The notes beneath the pieces were generated by a model. The model ran no database searches and had not been told where the DNA came from. It saw only the letters and a list, made by a program, of their open reading frames with translations. This document shows, in pieces, positions 30,301 to 38,400 of a stretch of DNA of 64,000 nucleotides. Origin of the DNA: Candidatus Polarisedimenticolia bacterium (GTDB lineage Bacteria > Acidobacteriota > Polarisedimenticolia > Gp22-AA2 > AA152). The first letter of the stretch is position 1, and the number at the start of each line of letters is the position of its first letter. The stretch covers positions 2,402 to 66,401 of the forward strand of contig DASTZC010000215.1 of the NCBI GenBank assembly GCA_035764505.1, written 5' to 3'. The position numbers were made by a program, and so were the translations under genes.

Positions 30301-33300
30301 CAACGCCGATCAGGTCGACATCGACGCCGACGGCGTGGGCGATCGCTGCGACTGGGACGACGTCGACTTCGACGGCGTGGCCAACGAGGTGGACAACTGC
30401 CCCGATGTCTACAATCCGGGCCAGGAGAGCACCGGCGGAGGGACGGTCGGCACCGCCTGCAACAACAACAGCGACATCGACGGTGACGGCATCGCCGACA
30501 AGGTCGACAACTGCGTCAATGTGAGCAACGCCACCCAGGCGAACTCCGACCGGCTCGACCCCATCACCAGCGCGATAGTGGACAAGCTGGGCGACGCCTG
30601 CGACGGCGATTGCAGCGGCACCTGCACCGGCGGGACGCGCGCCGGGCTCGGCTGCTACCTGAACTTCGACTGCCCCGGCGGCGCCTGCACCACCTCCCGC
30701 ACCTGCTCCGCCTGGAACGACGACGTCGACAAGGATGCGGTGCGCGACACCTTCGACAACTGCCCCGTCGCCTCCAACCCGACCACGCTGCCGGGCAGCA
30801 ATCCCCCGGTCCAGGCCGACGGGAACTTCAACGGTCTGGGGGACGTTTGCGATCCCTCGGGGAACTTCGACGAGAGCCGCAACGGCATCCCGGACGACGT
30901 GGAGAACGGCCCCTTCTTCGCCCTGGCGGTCTCCTGCAACAAGGTGCCGCTGGGCGACCTGGTGGTTCTGAAGACGCTGGTGCGCGACCTGCCGGAGGTG
31001 TCGCAGTGCGGCGCCGCCGGCAACCAGCCCTGCGGCGACAACGACGTCTTCGCCGACCCCGGCGAGATGGTGCGCGTGCGGCTGGTGCTGCAGAACATCT
31101 CGAACCTGAACCTGACGGGGGTCACGCTGTCGCTTTCGACGGGCGATCCCGACATCACCTGCATCACCGACACGACGATCCGGATCCCGTCGCTGGCGGC
31201 GGGAGCCACGCTGGATACGCGCAACCTGGGGACCTGCGCCGGCGGCATCAAGGCCGGACAGCGCTGCTCGAGCAACTCCGAGTGCCCCGGATCGACCTGC
31301 ACCGCCTTCGGGGCGGACGGCGATTACTTCGAGATGGTCATCTCGCCCACGGTGAACACGACCGACGTGACCAACCCGGCGCGAGGCAACCTGACGCTGA
31401 CCCTCAACTCGGACCAGGCGGGAGGCACCGAGCGCACCATCCCGATTTCCTTCATCGAGGATCTGGACCTGCCGGGCGGCGCTCCGCCGGCCTACACGCC
31501 GGCGAAGTGCACGGTGGACAGCACGACCCCGGGGGCCACCTGTGCCACCGATGCCAACTGCCAGGACGGAGTGCACCCGAACGGGAAGTGCCTGCCCGGT
31601 CTCATCTATGAAGGGTTCGAGACGACCACCGGGTTCCCCGGCACGATCGGCTTCCTGATGAACAGCGGCTCGGGCCCGAACCTGATCGCCGGCAAGCCCT
31701 GCTTCGGCTTCGTGGAAGTTCTGGGCCGGACCCCGGCCTCGGGCTGCCAGATCGATCCCGACAACGACAACGACTGGCACATCCATGGCCTGTCCTCGCC
31801 CGACTCGGGCAAGGCATTCCAGGGCGATCAGTCAGGCCACTGGGGGCTGCACACCAATACCACCAGCCGGGCCGGCGATACGGTGCACTTCCGACAGGTC
31901 GCGGCTTTCGTCACCAACCCGATCAACCTGACGCTCAGTCCGGGCGTCGACGATTTGTTCATGTCCTTCTACCAGATCGTCGATCTGCTGGACGACAACC
32001 GGGTCAACTTCGCGCCCGGTCAGGCCGGCGATTATGTCGACGTGCAGATTCAGGTCGACACCAATCCCGCCCCCGCGACCGACAGCTTCGGGCGCTGGAT
32101 GAAGCTGGAGCCGTTCCAGAACGTCTACGACCACACTTCCCAGGTCTTCTCCTGGTTCGGCTACTGCGAGTTCACCCCGGCCGACGCCGCTGAGTCGACC
32201 AATCCCACCGTGTTCGGCGAGACGATGTGCTTCCCCGACGGCGTCTGGTCGCACTCCGGGAACGTTCTGGGGGCGAACACCTTCGACATCTTCCAGGCCC
32301 AGGGACCGGGCTCGCTGGGCAGCCGCGGCGACGGCGTCTGGGTGCAGAGCAAGTTCAACCTGGCGCTGTACATGGGCCAGCGCGTCCGCATCCGCTGGAT
32401 CGGGCAGGTCTGGGAGTTCGCCAACGGCTGGGAGTCCTACCTGCAGCCGCCCGGAAGCTCGCCTCCCTTCGACGTGGGTCTCAACGACGACGGCTGGTGG
32501 ATCGACGGCGTCCAGATCACCGGCGCCATCACCTCGCAGTTCTCGCCGGTGCTCGAGCCGACCAGCCTGCCGCTGGGAAGCCAGTGCCCGGCCCTCAACA
32601 GCCCGGCCAACTGCAACGAAGCGCTCGGGACCAGCAACGGCATCACTCCCAAGCTCGTCCTGATCGACAGCGACGGCGACGGGGCCCTGGTGCCCGGCGA
32701 GGCCTTCCGCCTGGATGCTCTCGGCACCGACAACCCCGGCGGCTGCAAGAGCGGCATCCTGCAGTTCCAGTTCCTCAAGGACGGCGTGGTGGTGCAGGAC
32801 TGGTCCACCACGACCTCCTACGTCTCATCGTTCAGCGGGCTGGCGCAGTACACCGCCAAAGCGCGCTGCGGCACCGACTTCTCCTGCACCTCGGCGGCCT
32901 TCGACCTGAACGGTGTCTTGGCGGGAGGCACCTCGGCGTTGCAGGGGATCTGTCCGGCCATCCCCTTCCCCGTCACCCTGCCGGATCTGATCCTGTCGGG
33001 GACCGCTCCGACGGTGATCGCCGTCCCGAACCTGCTCGATCAGCCGACTGGGGAGACCACCTGCTCGCCGCCGGTGCCTCCCTCGCTGCAGTACACGATC
33101 GGTCCGATGCTCCCCTCCACCTACGGGCACAACCTGCTGCGCACCGACGCCGTCGGGCGCCTGGTGGGCAACGGCACCTGCGTCACCGGTCCGGTGATCG
33201 GCCAGAATTGCTTCACAAACTCCGAATGCAGCCTCCCGGGCAACCCGGGCACCTGCTCCGGAGGCGGCACCGGCGTGCTCCAGAAGTTCAAGGAGTTCCA

Positions 33301-33715
33301 GGGCGCGGGCGGAAACTGCGCCGACCCGAACACCTCATCGTGCAACATCGATGTGACGCCTCTGAACATCTGCGAGCCGGCCTCGCTCGTCCATCCACCC
33401 CACCCGGTGGAATTCCTCGATTCCACCACACCGGGCTTCTTCTGCCAGGGCGAGGAGCAGACGATCAACATGCCCTGCACCACCGATGCCCAGTGCAAGC
33501 CGCTTCAGACCTCGCGCGGCATCTGCGCGGCCGGCCTCTACTACTACCTGGCGGCGGCCTTCACCAACGCCGGGGCCGGCGGCACGCTGACGCACAATCA
33601 GTTCAACGGCCAGCCGGCGCTGCTGCACACGGCGCGGACCGATGCGGGGCCAATCAACATCCCGTACACGTTCGGGCCCTACATCGATCCGGCGTCCGCC
33701 CTGAACTGCCCGTAA
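24368..33715 (+). CDS. Giant secreted multidomain protein 1 (3116 aa): signal peptide, propeptide-like region, subtilisin S8 protease domain, Cys-rich CxxxxCPGGxC repeats, and thrombospondin type-3 Ca-binding repeats
   Basis: Start at MEAGLSS (24368) gives a signal peptide [22 protein letters not shown]. S8 triad motifs AITDSGVS (Asp), [13 protein letters not shown] (His), PVGNAGAD (oxyanion Asn), [13 protein letters not shown] (Ser). TSP3 repeats [35 protein letters not shown]...[11 protein letters not shown]. Rho-independent terminator follows. The in-frame upstream extension from 23975 is not supported by signal-peptide logic. Confidence 0.8.
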   Translation: [3115 protein letters not shown]

Positions 33716-33726
33716 GCGGAGCGATC

Positions 33727-33756
33727 CACAGAGAGGGCGGGGTCTTCGGACCCCGC
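33727..33756 (+). terminator. Rho-independent terminator after giant gene 1
   Basis: GGCGGGGTC-TTCG-GACCCCGCC perfect 9-bp stem followed by T8, 12 nt after the stop. Confidence 0.65.
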
Positions 33757-33782
33757 CTTTTTTTTGGCGCTCTGCCTGCTGT

Positions 33783-34583
33783 TCAGGTAGAGGGGACGGC
33801 TGCGGCCCCCCCCTTCTCCTTGATGGCCATCGGCTCCGCGCGATTGCCTGAATCTCTCCGGCGTCCGGGCAGTCCGGCGAGAAGCTGCTCGCCGCGGCGC
33901 ACCGAGGGAGCGACGGGCTGCTTCGGAATGCGGAAAGCCGCCCCCGCTTCGAGAAGCTTGGCATCGATGGAGGCAGGCTGGATCAGATGTCCCGCCGTAT
34001 CGCGCGGACTCTCCACGCTCCAGAAGATGAAGCGGACATGGAGTCCGCCCGCCAGGGCCGTCGGACCGCCGGGGCTCATGTCGGGCTTTTTCCGGTACGA
34101 GACCCGCGCGAGCCCGGGATGGGGATCCGCGATGACGGGGAGAACCAGGATGGATTGGATCCGGAAGGCCCCCTCCGTGCATCGCCCGACGAACATCTGC
34201 TTGCTGAGCGGCTTTCCGGCTGCATCGGCGAACTGCACCCACAGGTAGGCATTGCTCACGGGCGGCTTGCTCACGGGCGGCACCGGAGTCTCCTCCGGCG
34301 GGTGGGCGTCTTCCAGCCCATCTCCAAGACCATAGCTTCCCGTTTCGAAGCTGCTGAAGTACAGCCCCAGGTCGAGGCCCGGCAGCTGGACGCTCCCGGT
34401 CGTCCTGATGGTCGTATGGTGCGGCTCGCAGGCCAGCATGAGAATGTCGGCTCTTACGAGCACCGGGACCGGGAAGATCCTGGGCTGCTCTATCTGCCGC
34501 TCTACGGTTATCGCTTCGCTAAAGCCAGGACCGAGCACGAGAAGCGCGGCCATTACGGTGGGAATCCGGAAACCAGGGCGCAT
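33783..34583 (-). CDS. Secreted hypothetical protein (267 aa), no recognised family
   Basis: Start at MRPGFRIPTVMAALLVLGPGFSEA (signal peptide) preceded by a strong SD GGAGGAGG. The upstream TTG/M1 extension of the track ORF is unlikely. Confidence 0.5.
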   Translation of the reverse strand: MRPGFRIPTVMAALLVLGPGFSEAITVERQIEQPRIFPVPVLVRADILMLACEPHHTTIRTTGSVQLPGLDLGLYFSSFETGSYGLGDGLEDAHPPEETPVPPVSKPPVSNAYLWVQFADAAGKPLSKQMFVGRCTEGAFRIQSILVLPVIADPHPGLARVSYRKKPDMSPGGPTALAGGLHVRFIFWSVESPRDTAGHLIQPASIDAKLLEAGAAFRIPKQPVAPSVRRGEQLLAGLPGRRRDSGNRAEPMAIKEKGGAAAVPST

Positions 34584-34630
34584 CCTTAATCCTCCTCCTC
34601 GCCTCCCCCGTGGAAGTGTGTTGAGCCTTT

Positions 34631-34639
34631 GGGGGGGGG
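34631..34639. repeat. G9 homopolymeric tract (C9 on the minus strand) 48-56 nt upstream of the secreted-hypothetical start codon
   Basis: Direct reading of ...ctttgggggggggtactc...; the longest homopolymer seen in the window. Confidence 0.85.
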
Positions 34640-34869
34640 TACTCAACCGGTCCTGCGAGTCCTGATTCGGAACGGCTTCGCCCCATGGAGCGTGGTGGGC
34701 GAAACTCGCAGTCTGCTAGGTTAAGCAGCCATGCGCAGGGAAACGATGGAGGAAAGACCCGAATCGCTGGCTCGCCGTGGTGGGTGGACGGACGCAGGTG
34801 GTTCATCGGAGCGTGCTGATGCGAGGGATCAACCTACGGTGGATCCGCGCTCGAGCAGCCGATCGGCAG

Positions 34870-34899
34870 TTGACTCGAATTCGGCACAGCGGCTAATCT
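34870..34899 (+). promoter_or_regulatory. Sigma70-like promoter for tRNA-Thr (TTGACT-17-TAATCT)
   Basis: Near-consensus hexamers with a 17-nt spacer, about 67 nt upstream of the tRNA 5' end. Confidence 0.45.
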
Positions 34900-34966
34900 A
34901 AAGCCCCTTCGGAGCAGGCTCGAAACTCGCGACGAGTTCGAGCGGCCGGCATCGGCCGCTCGGCGG

Positions 34967-35041
<75 letters not shown>

Positions 35042-35203
35042 TCCCTCGGGTCGTTCTTCCTGCGGTTTCCGGCCTGTTGATCCTCCAGCCGATCGCAACC
35101 GCCGGGAAATCCCTCGAAGGGGCTCCCCTTCACTCGGTGATTTCCTGGTGCCGCCGCGCCGGCTTCCGCCGGCAACCGCGTGCACCTCGGATGCGCCCGA
35201 GCC

Positions 35204-35219
35204 TTGCAGATATCTGCAA
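35204..35219. promoter_or_regulatory. Perfect 16-bp palindrome TTGCAGATATCTGCAA with an additional TTGCAG half-site 5 nt downstream; candidate operator
   Basis: Seen directly in the intergenic region between tRNA-Thr and the Kelch/Ig gene, about 215 nt upstream of its ATG. Confidence 0.3.
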
Positions 35220-35432
35220 CGCTTTGCAGGATCAATTCTCCCCCCGTCCAGATCCAGGTCACCAGGAAAGCTGACTCATCCTTCGTGATTCGAGCGTTTA
35301 GCGGCACGTGTCGACGAGCACGGCGGCGAAATGCCCCGTGGCATGGTCATTGCCTTTCTCCCCCACTGCTCTCTGCCTTGCGCAATTGGAAACACCTGGA
35401 TAACCGGTCCGGTGACCGAAGGAGAAAAGGTA

Positions 35433-38400
35433 ATGACGAAAGGTCGGCTTTCGTTGGTCATTTTCCTGCTGATCGTGGTGGTCGCGGTCTTTCCGGCGCG
35501 CAGCATCATTACGCGCGGTCCGAGCGGGAGCTGGACTCTGCTCTCAACGTCCGCTGACGTCCGGCCGGACGCCAGCGCGGCGTTGATGGATGATGGGCGG
35601 GTCCTGATCGCGGGCGGCATGAACGGGGAAGAACCGAGCGCGGCGGCGCAGGTCTTCACCTCCGACGGCGAGTTTGTCGCGGTCGCTTCGATGTCCCACG
35701 CGCGCGGCGGCCATCAGGCGGTGAAGCTCGCGGGCGGAGCGGTCCTCATCGCGGGCGGTGTCGGCTGGGGCGGAAACCCGCATGGCAGCGCCGAAATCTA
35801 CGATCCGGCTTCGGATTCCTGGACCTCCACCGAGCCCATGGTTTCGCCGCGCACCGAGTTCAGCGCCACCCTGCTGAAAGACGGGCGGGTGCTTCTCGCC
35901 GGCGGGAACAACGGGGGCGCGATTCTGTCTTCGATGGAGATCTTCGATCCCCAGACGCAGGCTTTCTCGAGCTCGGCGGCGGCGCTGGGCACGCCGCGCC
36001 GCGGCCACAGCGCCACCCTCCTGATGGATGGCCGGGTCCTGATTGCCGGCGGCTCGGACGGTTCATCGGTCCTGTCCACGACCGAAGTCTACGACCCCGC
36101 CACCGATTCGATGGCGCAGGGACCCAGCCTGGCTGCCGCGAGAATGGAGCACTCCGCGAGCCGGCTGCTGGATGGCTCGGTCCTCCTGGCCGGCGGCTCC
36201 GACGGCTCCGCCGACCTTGCTTCGGCCGAGATCGTGGATGCCCACGCTTTCGCCGATTCGACCCCGACCGCCGGCATGGCCGCCGCGCGCCGCGGCCATC
36301 GCTCCGTAGTGCTCCCCGATAACGGCTCGGTCCTGATTCTGGGCGGCGCCTCGGGATCTGATGCGATCGCGGAGGTCTTCCGCCCCGCGAGCGGCACGTT
36401 CGTCGCCACCTCGGCGCAGCACGCGGCCCATTCGGGCGGAATTGCGAGCGCCTTGTCGCAGGAAGGCGTTGCTTTGTCGGCGGGTGGCGGATCCACCGAG
36501 GTCTACTCTTTCGCAACCGTCAAGACCGACAAGGAAGACTACGCGCCAGGCACGATCGTCACCATCACCGGCTCCGGCTGGGAGCCGGGCGAGACGGTCG
36601 GCATCACGCTGCACGAGGTGCCGGAGCTCCATGAGGAGCTGGCGTGGAGCACCACGGCCGACGAGACGGGAGCGATTCACGACACCACTTTCTCCCCCGA
36701 GTGGCAGCATCAGGGGGTGCGCTTCTATCTGGTGGCCTCAGGCAGCGTCTCCGAGGCCATGAACACCTTCACCGACGGGACGCCGACGCGCATCACCTCC
36801 TCCTCGATGAGTCCCAGCTCGGGCGCCTGCCGCTCCACGATCACCGCGAGCGCTACCCTGGAGTTCAAGACGGGCCCGAACAACTCTCCTTTCGCCGGGC
36901 TTGCGGGCAAGCCCGTGACCTTTACCCTGGGAACGGAGAGCGCCACCGGGATCACCGGCTCCAACGGCGTGGCATCCGTGAGCCTGACGGTCGCGCCCGG
37001 TGCCGCTTCCCTGCGGGCGGAGTTCGCGGGGGACGCCACCTTCAACGACACCGCCACGACCATTGCGTTCAGCGTCACGGGAGTTTGCAACAATGACAGC
37101 ACGGCGCCGGTCATCACCCCGAACGTCACCGGATTGCTGGGGACGAACGGCTGGTACGTGAGCAATGTGAGCGTCGGATGGAGCGTCAGCGATCCGGAAT
37201 CGAGCGTGACCAACATGTCCGGATGCGGCGCCAGCAGTGTCAGCGCCGACACCAACGGCGTTACCTTCACCTGCATCGCGACCAGCGCCGGCGGAACGGG
37301 CTCCCGGTCGGTCACCATCAAGCGCGATGCGACGGCCCCCAGCGCCTCGCTGGCGGTCACCTCCGGGACGCTCGGTGCCAACGGCTGGTACACGAGCGAT
37401 GTCACCCTCGCCACCTCGGGCAGCGATTCGATGAGCGGTCCGGTGAGCTGCACGCCGCTCCAGCAGCAGACGACCGATACTGCGGGGACCACGTTTTTCG
37501 GCTCCTGCACGAACGGAGCCGGGCTGATCTCGCCGGCAACGCCGCTGACGATCAAGGTGGACAAGACGGGTCCGAACGCGGTGATCGCCGTGACGGACGG
37601 CACGGCCGGCGCCAACGGCTGGTACGTCAGCGACGTCACCATCGGCACGTCGGGCAGTGATTCGGTCAGCGGTCCGGTCACCTGCACCGCCGACCAGCAC
37701 CAGAGCGACGAGACGGACGGAACCACCTTCAATGGCTCGTGCACCAATGCTGCGGGACAGAGCATGGACGCGGCCCCTCTGACCGTGAAGGTCGACAAGA
37801 CCGGTCCGAGCGCTCAGATGGCCGTTACCTCCGGCACGGCCGGCTCCAACGGCTGGTACACGAGCGACGTAACCATCGGCACCTCGGGCAGCGATTCGGT
37901 CAGCGGACCGGTCACCTGCACGGGCGACCAGCATCAGAACGACGAGACGACCGGCGCCATCTTCAGCGGCTCCTGCACCAACGACGCCGGGCTCAGCACC
38001 GACGCCGCGCCGCTGAGCGTCAAGGTCGACAAGACCGGCCCGAGCGCTCAGATGGCCGTTACTTCCGGCACGGCCGGCTCCAACGGCTGGTACACGAGCG
38101 ACGTAACGATCGGCACGTCGGGCAGCGACGAGGTCAGCGGACCCGTCACCTGCACGGGCGACCAGCACCAAAACGATGAAACGACCGGCGCCAGCTTCAG
38201 CGGCTCCTGCACGAACGACGCCGGCCTGATCACCGGCGCCACCCTGACCGTCAAAGTCGACAAGACCGGCCCGAGCGCTCAGCTCGGCGTCATCTCCGGC
38301 ACGCCCGGTTCCAACGGCTGGTACATCAGCGACGTCACCATCGGTGCCTACGGCTCCGACTCGATCAGCGGCCCGGTCAGCTGCACCGGGGATCAATACC

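Noticed and set aside
33783-34646. Upstream TTG/M1 start of the secreted hypothetical gene
   Set aside because: The internal ATG at 34583 has a strong GGAGGAGG Shine-Dalgarno and is immediately followed by a signal peptide, whereas the extension has neither.
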